Notes: generated from the sequence alone by a model not told the origin. A DNA stretch of 64,000 bases from an uncultured Gammaproteobacteria bacterium (GCA_964453605.1 CAYVOI010000001.1:102276-166275), one strand, 5' to 3'. Shown: positions 8,580 through 16,863, counted from the first letter of the stretch. Made by a program: numbers and translations.

Positions 8580-9227
8580 ATGGTGACTACCAGCTCTATG
8601 CTCCGCGTAATGCTGCTCGGTGTTGCGGTGGTGCTAGTGGTGGCGGTGTGGCAGCTCCGCCGAGAGAGTGCTCGCCTGAGCTACCAGCCAGCGCCGAGCG
8701 AGCAGGCTCAGCCCACCAAGCTGCCATCGCAAGTTACCGTTCTGCCGGCTGACCCGGTGCGGGGGGCGGCCACTGCACCACAAACGGTAGTGCTGTTTAG
8801 CGATTTCCAGTGTCCCTACTGTGCTGAGGTGGCACCCATCCTGGCTCAGGCCGTGGCCCAGAACGGTGGCAGGTGGAAGCTGGTGTGGAAAGACTTTCCT
8901 CTGCCCTCACACCCCGAGGCTCTGGCGGCGGCGGAGGCGGCCCAGTGCGCTGGTAGCCAAGGTCGGTTTTGGGAATACCACGACCAGCTGTTCCAGCGGC
9001 AAGCTACGCTCGGGCCCCAGCTCTACCAAGCTCTGGCGCTTGAGTTGAACCTCAGCCCCGAGCCATTCCAGCGCTGTCTGGCGCAGCACACCTTTAAGCC
9101 GTTCATTGAACACAGCCTGGCTGAGGGCGCAGCTATTGGCGTTGATGCCACTCCTTTTTTGGTGGTAGGTAGCAAGGTCTACCGTGGTACGTTTACGGCC
9201 GAGGAGCTAGCCCAGTTTTTGGAGTAA
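8580..9227 (+). CDS. DsbA-family thiol:disulfide oxidoreductase (thioredoxin fold, CPYC active site), membrane-anchored
   Basis: TM anchor MLLGVAVVLVVAVW. Active-site block VVLFSDFQCPYCAEVAP. C-terminal ATPFLVVGSKVYRGTFTAEELAQFL, typical of DsbA/DsbG-like proteins. Confidence 0.7.
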   Translation: MVTTSSMLRVMLLGVAVVLVVAVWQLRRESARLSYQPAPSEQAQPTKLPSQVTVLPADPVRGAATAPQTVVLFSDFQCPYCAEVAPILAQAVAQNGGRWKLVWKDFPLPSHPEALAAAEAAQCAGSQGRFWEYHDQLFQRQATLGPQLYQALALELNLSPEPFQRCLAQHTFKPFIEHSLAEGAAIGVDATPFLVVGSKVYRGTFTAEELAQFLE

Positions 9228-9246
9228 GCAGGGAGTTTATTGACCT

Positions 9247-10431
9247 ATGCAGGCTAACGTAAAGTTACTGGTTGCTCGCAGCGTCCTCTGTGTAGCCGCA
9301 CTGGGGTGGAGCGTGGCACCGTTGCTCCCGGTGTGGGCGGCTGTGCCCTGTTCACCTAAAGACGTGTGGCAGGTAAACGATTGTACGGGGATTACGTGCT
9401 GTGATGTCGGCTACGTTTGCCGAGCGCAGGATTATAAAAACGGCCGGGAGGGGACATTGTCGCAGCATATCTGTGAAGTGGCCCCACCAGCGGAACAAGA
9501 AGGTAGCAGCTCGGCCACTACCCCCCTGGAGTTCCAGCCCCAGGTAACCATCCCCGGTACCATTACCGTGGGGGGGCAGCAGGTTTCGTTCCGGCAAGGG
9601 CAGGGACTTGCCGTGACGGGTGATACCATTGCGCAGTACCTCGGGGTGTTCTATAAGTTTTTCATAGCCATGCTGGCCGTGGCCGCAGTTGTTATGGTGA
9701 TGTGGGGCGGGTTCAAGCGCATTATGGCGGTAGGTTCCCCGGAGAAGATTGCTGACGCTAACGATGCTATTGTCAGTGCCCTTACTGGTTTAGTGCTGGT
9801 GCTTATTTCCTATTCGCTCCTCAACCTCATTAACCCTAAGCTGACGAGCTTTAAAACCTTAGCCCTGACACCGGTGACGAGGATAGAGTTTGAAGATGTA
9901 GAGGCAGAGCAGATTGTAGCAGCGGCCACCCAGCCTAGCAGCGTGCCGCAGGTGGCTATTATCAGCGGCGCTAACATCAGCAACCCGGGTAACAAAATAG
10001 CCACCCTCCCGCTCATTACTGCCCTACAAGCTGCCGCGGCTGAGTTAGCTAAGCAGAACGTGTATGTGATTGTGACCTCTGGTACCAGAACAGTCGCCGA
10101 GCAAACCGCGCTCATCTTGAAGAACTGTATAAATCCACCAGGGTCTACTAGCTGCCATCCTAAACCCGGCGGGGTGGAGACGTGTCCACTGCCGGGGAAC
10201 AACCCCTTAAGCTGTCCCCACACCTCGGGCCAAGCGGTGGACGTGTGGGCGGCGCAGGGCAACAGCACGCCGATTTCGCAAAAGGCCTGCCAGGCTAATA
10301 AGCCCGCCTGCGAGCAAGACCCGGCCATGGCCGCACTCATTGCGGCTATGCGAGCACAGGGGTTTTGTAAGCTCGACAGCGAACCCTGGCACTTTGAACA
10401 GCCAGTGGTGTCGGCTGGCCGTTGTCACTAA
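9247..10431 (+). CDS. secreted cysteine-rich VirB2/TrbC-like hairpin protein fused to a C-terminal LAS/peptidase M15 (VanY-like zinc D,D- or L,D-peptidase) domain (paralog 2)
   Basis: Signal peptide. Module YKFFIAMLAVAAVVMVMWGGFKRIMAVGSPEKIADANDAIVSALTGLVLVLISYSLLNLINPKL. All three M15 signature blocks are present: SGTRTVAEQ (SGxRxxxxQ), HTSGQAVD (HxxxxxxD zinc ligands) and EPWHFE (EPWHF). Confidence 0.6.
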   Translation: MQANVKLLVARSVLCVAALGWSVAPLLPVWAAVPCSPKDVWQVNDCTGITCCDVGYVCRAQDYKNGREGTLSQHICEVAPPAEQEGSSSATTPLEFQPQVTIPGTITVGGQQVSFRQGQGLAVTGDTIAQYLGVFYKFFIAMLAVAAVVMVMWGGFKRIMAVGSPEKIADANDAIVSALTGLVLVLISYSLLNLINPKLTSFKTLALTPVTRIEFEDVEAEQIVAAATQPSSVPQVAIISGANISNPGNKIATLPLITALQAAAAELAKQNVYVIVTSGTRTVAEQTALILKNCINPPGSTSCHPKPGGVETCPLPGNNPLSCPHTSGQAVDVWAAQGNSTPISQKACQANKPACEQDPAMAALIAAMRAQGFCKLDSEPWHFEQPVVSAGRCH

Positions 10432-11786
10432 CTCCTATGTCACCACGTCTCAGCGCCGTGTACACCTGTTCGAACTGCGACGCCCAGTACCCCAAGTGGG
10501 TGGGGCGCTGTAGCCAGTGCGGCAAGTTTGGCACCGTGGCCACCGACCCCCAGGTAGTGGCGCGAGCTGCACCGCAAGCTGCAGGTTCTGCGCCAGCGGC
10601 CACCGTGTCACTCGGTAATTTGACGAATACGTACCACGGTAAACGTCAGGGTACGGGTTATGCCGAGGTGGACCGTGTGTTGGGCGGCGGGTTCGTGCCC
10701 GGCAGCGTAACACTTCTCAGTGGTGAGCCAGGGGTAGGCAAGTCCACACTCCTGCTTGCACTCGCCGAACGGTTACAAGCCCCCGTGCTTTACGCTTCAG
10801 GTGAGGAATCGGCCGAGCAGGTATCAGGCAGGCTTAAACGCTTGGGACTTGCCGGTTCTAAGCTCTCGTTTACTACCGAAACCAATGTGGGGAGCCTGAG
10901 CGCCACTGTCCGCCAGCTTAAACCAGCTCTACTGGTGATGGACTCGCTCCAAGCCGCGAGCTTGCCAGAGGAAACAGGGACCTCGGGTTCCCCTGCCCTG
11001 GTACGCGCTGCCCTGAGCGAACTGGTAACGTTGGCCAAAGGTACTAACGTGCCGGTGGTAGTGGTGGGGCACGTGACCAAGGCCGGGGTGGCAGCTGGGC
11101 CCAAGGCCATAGAGCACCTAGTCGATGTGGTACTGACCTTAGAGGGCGCGGAGCACCAGCCCTTACGGTTCCTGCGTGCCAGCAAGAACCGTTTTGGCGC
11201 TACTGACGAGGTGGGTGTGTTTGAAATGGGAGAGCAGGGGCTGGTAGAGGTTCAAAACCCCTCGGCACTATTCTTAAGTGAACGGCACCAGGGTGCAGGC
11301 TCTTGCATAACCGCGCTGCTTGAAGGTTCGCGGAGCTTGCTCTGCGAGGTGCAAGCGCTGGTTACACACTCACGTCAGAGCTACCCCAAGCGTGCCACCA
11401 CCGGGTTCGACGCTAACCGGCTGGAAGTGTTACTGGCTGTGCTCGGGGAGCGGGCGGGCGTGAAGCTGAACTATAGTGACGTGTATATAAACCTAGCCGG
11501 CGGTTTCCGCTCACGTGAGCCAGCGTTGGACCTGGCAGTTTGTATAGCGGTGGCTTCAGCTGCTACCAAGCGCCCGCTCCCTAAAGATTTAGTGGTGTTT
11601 GGTGAGGTTGGTTTAGGTGGCGAAGTGCGGCCGGTGGTGGGGGCCGAGCGCCGTCTGCAAGAGGCAGCGCGGTTAGGGTTTGTGCAGGCCCTGGTGCCGC
11701 AGGGGCTTAATGTTGAGCGACTACCCTCTGACCTAGCGCTCGTGCCGGTGAAAACCGTGAGTGAAGCCGTGGAGTGGATACGCTAG
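10422..11786 (+). CDS. radA: DNA repair protein RadA/Sms
   Basis: Zinc finger CSNCDAQYPKWVGRCSQCGKFG. Walker A GEPGVGKST. KNRFG motif. C-terminal Lon-protease-like domain. TTG start, with an alternative ATG at about 10437. Confidence 0.9.
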   Translation: MSLTPMSPRLSAVYTCSNCDAQYPKWVGRCSQCGKFGTVATDPQVVARAAPQAAGSAPAATVSLGNLTNTYHGKRQGTGYAEVDRVLGGGFVPGSVTLLSGEPGVGKSTLLLALAERLQAPVLYASGEESAEQVSGRLKRLGLAGSKLSFTTETNVGSLSATVRQLKPALLVMDSLQAASLPEETGTSGSPALVRAALSELVTLAKGTNVPVVVVGHVTKAGVAAGPKAIEHLVDVVLTLEGAEHQPLRFLRASKNRFGATDEVGVFEMGEQGLVEVQNPSALFLSERHQGAGSCITALLEGSRSLLCEVQALVTHSRQSYPKRATTGFDANRLEVLLAVLGERAGVKLNYSDVYINLAGGFRSREPALDLAVCIAVASAATKRPLPKDLVVFGEVGLGGEVRPVVGAERRLQEAARLGFVQALVPQGLNVERLPSDLALVPVKTVSEAVEWIR

Positions 11787-11789
11787 CGC

Positions 11790-12341
11790 ATGCGGTTACC
11801 TCGTAGTTTTTTTGCGCGCCCCACGCTCCGTGTAGCTCGTAGTTTGCTCGGGTGTGTGCTGTCGGTACGGCAGGGTGGCAGACTGCGGCGCGCTGTTATT
11901 GTGGAAACCGAGGCCTACGTTGGGCCAGGTGACCTAGCCTCGCACGCTTCGCGCGGACGCACCAAGCGTACTGAGGTTATGTTTGGCCGTCCGGGGTGCC
12001 TCTACGTCTACCTCATCTATGGTATGTACCACTGCGTGAACGTGGTTACCGAGCGGGTAGGTTACCCGGCCGCTGTGCTCATTCGGGCGGTTATACCGCT
12101 GCCGCGTCGAACGCAACCCAAGGTAGTGGCAGGCCCTGGTCGAGTCTGCCGGTACTTTGGTATTGATCGCCGTTTCAATACCGAGGACACAGCGACTAGC
12201 CGACGTGGTTGGTTCAGCCGCGGTCTGCGCCTACCGCCAGGCCAGGTGACGGCTCGAACACGAGTAGGGGTTGACTACGCCGGGCCGTGGCAGCACAAGC
12301 TGTGGCGGTTTGCACTCACGCCCGATGGTGTACGTAGGTAG
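11790..12341 (+). CDS. mpg: DNA-3-methyladenine glycosylase (Mpg/AAG family)
   Basis: IVETEAYVGPGDLASHASRGRTKRTEVMFGRPGCLYVYLIYGMYHCVNVV matches the AAG family core (ETEAY...D.ASH...G.T.R...MFG..G..YVY..YG...C.NVV). Confidence 0.8.
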   Translation: MRLPRSFFARPTLRVARSLLGCVLSVRQGGRLRRAVIVETEAYVGPGDLASHASRGRTKRTEVMFGRPGCLYVYLIYGMYHCVNVVTERVGYPAAVLIRAVIPLPRRTQPKVVAGPGRVCRYFGIDRRFNTEDTATSRRGWFSRGLRLPPGQVTARTRVGVDYAGPWQHKLWRFALTPDGVRR

Positions 12342-12396
12342 TGCCTGATCAGGCACTATGAAATGCCCCTGCCAAGAACAAATACCTTGGCAGGGG
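12341..12396. terminator. two stem-loops between convergent genes (bidirectional terminator region)
   Basis: Perfect 16-bp palindrome GTGCCTGATCAGGCAC. It is followed by an 11-bp stem hairpin CCCCTGCCAAG-aacaaatac-CTTGGCAGGGG. Confidence 0.5.
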
Positions 12397-12419
12397 TGAA
12401 TCTTTGGGGAAGGGGTGGG

Positions 12420-12818
12420 TTAGTGTCGGCCGTTGTGGCCGTTCGTGCAGTATGCGCGGGCGTCATCAAGAAGACAATCGAGTTCTGTGCGGATTTCGTG
12501 GTCTTCGTCGGATTTGCCAGCCGGTTTTTCCCGCGCAATCGCGTGGGTCATGGCGTTCAGGAACCGCCCACGATTTTCTATCTCAATCACGTCAGCGTAC
12601 TTGCTGAGCCTGATTCTGTCCTTGGCCAGGGCAGCGGCGACAATTTGTTCTTCGATCTCTGTTTTCACCTGCAGCTTCAGCAGGTGACCACATTGGTGGA
12701 GCGTTGCTCCGAGTGTGCCGACCTTGCGACGGCCGACGTACAGTTCTGAGGTGCCGGTGTGTAGCTCGACAACTTGAGCGCCGTAGCTACCCACCTTGCG
12801 GATTTCAGGTTCGTTCAT
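12420..12818 (-). CDS. hypothetical protein, weakly PRC-barrel-like
   Basis: 132 aa with a strong SD (AGGAGG) before the ATG. Segment IRKVGSYGAQVVELHTGTSELYVGRRKVGTLGATL resembles PRC-barrel G..V....G..VG.. repeats. The assignment is weak. Confidence 0.35.
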   Translation of the reverse strand: MNEPEIRKVGSYGAQVVELHTGTSELYVGRRKVGTLGATLHQCGHLLKLQVKTEIEEQIVAAALAKDRIRLSKYADVIEIENRGRFLNAMTHAIAREKPAGKSDEDHEIRTELDCLLDDARAYCTNGHNGRH

Positions 12819-13093
12819 GATAGTCCTCCGTATGACGTTGAATGGGTTGGGGGGTTCAGTCAGCTATCAGTACCCAGGAGACTATACGGTGGCTAACTTG
12901 AGTTTAGTTTCATCTCAAACTCTCCTATAATGTTATTTTGGTTTGTGGGGTTGTGCCGGGTGAATTACGTGCTTTATGACGCTGTTAAGGTTCTTTGAGG
13001 AGGCCCGGGCCGGCAATCAATTAGGCCCCCACATGCTTGTATATTAGGCAATAGTAAACCTGTAGCGGTCAGCCGTCAAGTACCCACGGTGGA

Positions 13094-15199
13094 TTACTCA
13101 GGGTGAAAGGCGAGCTTAGCTATGCGGTTTTTAAGTTCTGGCCAGGGTTTTAGAGTTGAGTCCTGTTTGAGCACCAGATCAGTAGCCTGCTGGACTGTCT
13201 TCAGTAACCCCTGGTCAGCCAGTGAGGCAAAACGTAGGCTGCTCCAGCCAGACTGTAGTTCTCCCACAATATCACCCGGGCCCCGCTGTTTCAGGTCAAA
13301 TTCCGCTAGGTCAAAGCCACTATGGTGCCTTACCAAGGCATCAAGGCGTGCCAAGCTCTTCGGGTCGGTGGATTCGGTGAGGAGTAGGCAGTAGCTCTGC
13401 AGGTTTGACCTGCCCACGCGACCACGGAACTGGTGCAGCTGCGCCAGGCCAAAACGCTCGGCGCTCTCAATGGCTATAACCGTGGCTTGGGGAACATCTA
13501 CTCCAACCTCGATAACAGACGTGGTGACAAGTATGGGCGTATGTCCATCGACAAACTGTTTCATAGCGCTAGCTTTGGCGCGGGCAGGTAGTTTGCCGTG
13601 CAGCAGCCCTAAGGTAAGTTCAGGGAACACCTCGCGGCTTAGGCGTTCGTGCTCAAGTGTCACCGCGCGGACGCCTAAAACATCGGACTCCTCAATAGTT
13701 GGGCAGACAATGAACACGCGGTGGCCGCGTGCAACCTCTTGCCGCATGAAGTCGTACGCCCTAGTGCGCTCATTTGGTTGTACCATTCGGGTGGTAATGA
13801 GTTTCCGACCAGCCGGTAGGTGGTTTATGGTTGAAAGTTTGAGGTTACCATAGAGGGTAAGCGCCAGGGAACGGGGAATAGGAGTAGCCGAGAGGGAAAG
13901 GAAGTGGGGAATAGCGCGTTGGTCGCGGTGTAGCAGCTGGCGCTGCTCTACCCCAAAACGGTGCTGTTCGTCTACCACAATCAGCCCAAGCTGCTTGAAG
14001 CGGACCGACGCCTGCAGGACAGCGTGGGTGCCGATGAGTATATCAACTTGTCCTTGCTTGAGTTTGATTTTTAGTGACTTATCAGATACCACTACGCCCT
14101 GGTTCGCCACACACTGTTTGGAAGCCGTGAGGAGCCCTAAGGTAACGTGGGGCAGATTAGTAAACAGCCGGCTAAGGGTAGCAGCGTGCTGGTCAGCCAG
14201 AATCTCGGTGGGGGCAATAAGTACAACCTGCCAGCCAGCCGCTGCGGCGTTCAAGGCGGCTAACCCCGCCACAATAGTTTTGCCTGACCCTACATCGCCT
14301 TGGAGCAGCCGGTACATGGGCTCGGAGTTCCCTAGGTCTTTGATAATTTCCCAAGCCGCCACTCTCTGATCGTCAGTTAGCCGCCAGGGTAATGTATCCA
14401 CGAACTGTTTTAGGCCTGACCAGAGTAGAATGGCAGGTGCCTTAGTGCCTGCCGCAGGCAGGTGAGCCAGTTTTAGTTTCAGGCTCATCAGGAACAGCTC
14501 GTCAAAGCCTAGGCGGCGGCGAGCTGGAGCAATGTCGGGCCAACCTTTGGGTTGGTGCAGGTGCTCAAGGGCTGTGGGGAGGCTGGGGAGTTTTGTTTGT
14601 TGCAGGACTTCAGCTGGCAGGTAGTCGGTGACCTGCTCACAGAGCGGCAGGAGTCGGGAGATAGTGCTGCGCAGCTTGGTTTGGGTGAGCTGGGCAGTGG
14701 AGGGGTAAATAGGTACCAAGCGGCCGGTGTGCACACCACCGCGGGCGACCGGCTCCCAGGTCGGGTGTTCGAGTTGCAGCCCGTAGCTTGAGTCAGTGAG
14801 ATGGCCACTGAGGTACACTTCATCGCCCACTCGGAGGCTGTCTTTGAGGTAGGGCTGGTTAAACCACACGGCTTTGATAGTGCCCGTGCCATCGGTAAAA
14901 AGCACCTCGGTTACCTGAAGTTTGCGCCGAAAGCTCCGGCGTGAACTTACGAGCTGTACCTTGGCTCGGAGTGTGACCTGTTCACCTACCTTAAGGTTTT
15001 TGATGGCTACGGTTTTTGAGAAATCGTCGTACCGTGTGGGTACGTGGTGTAGCAGGTCTGCTATCGTGGCAAGCCCCAGGCGCTTGAGGCGCGCCGCGGT
15101 AGAAGGGCCAATACCGGGTACGTGGGTTACGGGACTCTGTGGGGAGAGCATAGTAATTGGTACTTCACCATTATGCCGCGCCTGGTAGCAAAAAACCAC
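13094..15199 (-). CDS. recG: ATP-dependent DNA helicase RecG
   Basis: Wedge/OB N-terminus. Helicase motif I LLQGDVGSGKT, motif II VVDEQHRFGV, and GTHAV. Confidence 0.9.
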   Translation of the reverse strand: MVFCYQARHNGEVPITMLSPQSPVTHVPGIGPSTAARLKRLGLATIADLLHHVPTRYDDFSKTVAIKNLKVGEQVTLRAKVQLVSSRRSFRRKLQVTEVLFTDGTGTIKAVWFNQPYLKDSLRVGDEVYLSGHLTDSSYGLQLEHPTWEPVARGGVHTGRLVPIYPSTAQLTQTKLRSTISRLLPLCEQVTDYLPAEVLQQTKLPSLPTALEHLHQPKGWPDIAPARRRLGFDELFLMSLKLKLAHLPAAGTKAPAILLWSGLKQFVDTLPWRLTDDQRVAAWEIIKDLGNSEPMYRLLQGDVGSGKTIVAGLAALNAAAAGWQVVLIAPTEILADQHAATLSRLFTNLPHVTLGLLTASKQCVANQGVVVSDKSLKIKLKQGQVDILIGTHAVLQASVRFKQLGLIVVDEQHRFGVEQRQLLHRDQRAIPHFLSLSATPIPRSLALTLYGNLKLSTINHLPAGRKLITTRMVQPNERTRAYDFMRQEVARGHRVFIVCPTIEESDVLGVRAVTLEHERLSREVFPELTLGLLHGKLPARAKASAMKQFVDGHTPILVTTSVIEVGVDVPQATVIAIESAERFGLAQLHQFRGRVGRSNLQSYCLLLTESTDPKSLARLDALVRHHSGFDLAEFDLKQRGPGDIVGELQSGWSSLRFASLADQGLLKTVQQATDLVLKQDSTLKPWPELKNRIAKLAFHPE

Positions 15200-15284
15200 C
15201 CCGTCCCGATAGGGGGTCAGGGGTTCTGGTGTAGTATTAATTAGTCCGAACGCATTTCGCCGTCGCAGGCGGCAAAGAGTTTCC

Positions 15285-15322
15285 CCCGCGAAAATTCGGA
15301 AAGGCGGCGGACCGCGCCGCTA
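15285..15322 (-). terminator. GC-rich hairpin plus T-run downstream of the low-GC islet gene (minus strand)
   Basis: Stem GCGGCG...CGCCGC, followed on the minus strand by TTTCCGAATTTT. Confidence 0.35.
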
Positions 15323-15363
15323 ACAATTTCAAGTTTTTCTTTGGTGGCATTAAATTATGAAAT

Positions 15364-16077
15364 TTATGTTAAATCAAAATCAATCAAAATCTTTTTTTCC
15401 ATATCATAAAATGAACGCGCAAAAAGATTATCCTGTTTGTTGGAAAAAGTTTTTTTGGCTAGTAAATCATTTCTATAAGTGTAAATTAGAGAACTTATCG
15501 GTGCACCGGGGTAGCAAATCAATCGCCAACCATTATCAGAAGCTAGGGTGTGTGGTAATGGTATTTCTTTTTGCGTAAGTAAATGAGTTACAACAATTTC
15601 TTCAATCAAAAAATTTATGTTAGTATCGGAGGTTTCTCTCCCCTGATTTTTAAGATCACTTTGCAAACACATATTAAAATGCTTATCATTTTTTGCCGCC
15701 CCAAGTAATTTATTTTTTCTTTCATGGAAGTTATCAGCGTTCAGAATTGCATAGTCCCAGGGCAAAAAGTGAAAAGCTTGTGGGACATATTTTCTTTCTT
15801 TGAGTAAGAGGTTCGTAAATTCTCCTTTATGGCCCAACATTTGATTCAAAGAGCGTTTGCGAATCTCGACTGCCCTGTCATCGCTATTCAAATAAAGATC
15901 GTTTGTATAAAGAAAAATACAGTCTATCGAAATATATTTCACTTTGCTCTCGAAAAATACCAAGAAATCATAAATATCCTGACCAGATTGAGAGTTGGCC
16001 AGTCTGCTCATAGAAAGTGGGAAAATCAAATAACCGTCTTTGGGAACACTAGAAATGTCAAAATTGTCCTTCTTCAT
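15364..16077 (-). CDS. hypothetical protein in a low-GC (about 33%) islet; motif pattern reminiscent of XYP-subfamily cyclodipeptide synthases (tentative)
   Basis: 237 aa and AT-rich, in strong contrast to the flanks. The ordered motifs are LIFPLSMSRLANSQS near the N-terminus (compare the CDPS G-I-S-x-x-N-S pocket), NFLIEEI at about residue 156-160 (compare Y-x-x-x-E), and RLICYPGAP at about 186-192 (compare LCYH in the NYH subfamily and YP in the XYP subfamily). Matching size and spacing cannot be confirmed without a search. Confidence 0.5.
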   Translation of the reverse strand: MKKDNFDISSVPKDGYLIFPLSMSRLANSQSGQDIYDFLVFFESKVKYISIDCIFLYTNDLYLNSDDRAVEIRKRSLNQMLGHKGEFTNLLLKERKYVPQAFHFLPWDYAILNADNFHERKNKLLGAAKNDKHFNMCLQSDLKNQGRETSDTNINFLIEEIVVTHLLTQKEIPLPHTLASDNGWRLICYPGAPISSLIYTYRNDLLAKKTFSNKQDNLFARSFYDMEKKILIDFDLT

Positions 16078-16125
16078 AATATGATTAAAAAATTTTCTGG
16101 CCCCAACTCTTTGAGTTTTCCTTTC

Positions 16126-16200
16126 TGGTGCCCTCGGTAGGAATCGAACCTACATTACAAGCTCCGCAAGCTCGCGTTCTATCCATTGAACTACGAGGGC
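16126..16200 (-). tRNA. tRNA-Arg (anticodon GCG)
   Basis: Reverse complement GCCCTCG-TA-GTTC-AATGGATA-GAAC-G-CGAGC-TTGCGGA-GCTTG-TAAT-GTAGG-TTCGATT-CCTAC-CGAGGGC-A-CCA. It is a clean cloverleaf with the CCA encoded. Anticodon loop TTGCGGA. Confidence 0.8.
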
Positions 16201-16256
16201 CTAAGGTATGAAACAGAGCTAAACCAGTATAGGGTAGCTTTTAGCCTGTGGCAAGG

Positions 16257-16766
16257 CTACTGTAGTTTCAAGAGCCTAGAGAGCGCCTCAGAAGTTGGCA
16301 TGTCTTCGCGTTCCAGGTCCTCAGCAATGTACTTCTTGAGCTGTGTGCGTACGGTAAGGGGACTTGTTTTACCTAAAGGCACTGTGAGTCGTGGGGTCAG
16401 AGCGTTCTTAGGTACCAGGTAAAGGCAGCTCACTTCTGGTGGGTGGTAGGCTATCCAGAAGTTGGCTAGTTCTGACCAGCGCCAGAACTTTTTCCCGACG
16501 GCTACGCCTAACGTGGTCAGCTGGAACTCGATGTGCCTGGGGTTACGGCGCGTCTCGTTCACAAAAATAATAGCCCCCATAAGCAGGATGAGCGCGAACA
16601 AGAAGTTGCCTGTGAATGCCGCCCAAGCTACCATGGCCAAGGTGACGAGCCCGGCCCACACCCACCACGAGGTTGGACGGTTGACATGGCGAAACTCGCG
16701 GAAGGTCCAGCGCAACGTTGCCTTGCCGATGTTGGCGTTTGGTTCTAGGTTCAGGTTTATGGCCAT
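16257..16766 (-). CDS. membrane protein (2 TM), hypothetical
   Basis: TSWWVWAGLVTLAMVAWAAFTGNFLFALILLMGAIIF. No catalytic motif. Confidence 0.45.
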   Translation of the reverse strand: MAINLNLEPNANIGKATLRWTFREFRHVNRPTSWWVWAGLVTLAMVAWAAFTGNFLFALILLMGAIIFVNETRRNPRHIEFQLTTLGVAVGKKFWRWSELANFWIAYHPPEVSCLYLVPKNALTPRLTVPLGKTSPLTVRTQLKKYIAEDLEREDMPTSEALSRLLKLQ

Positions 16767-16863
16767 AGGTTTACGCTTTCAGTATACGTTTTCCGTGCTC
16801 ACCTGACAATTATGTTAACCGTTTATTGCTCGCATGAGTAGTCCGCGGTATAGTTGAATAGTT

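Noticed and set aside
12363-12749. 128-aa plus-strand ORF overlapping the minus-strand gene at 12420-12818
   Set aside because: It lacks an RBS and has low-complexity Val/Ala-rich content. The minus-strand frame has a strong AGGAGG SD and a coherent domain-like sequence.
15240-15340. Direct repeat of the tRNA-Arg 3' end at the distal border of the low-GC islet
   Set aside because: Only a 6/7-nt resemblance (TGGTGGC against TGGTGCC) was found by eye, which is insufficient to call an att repeat.
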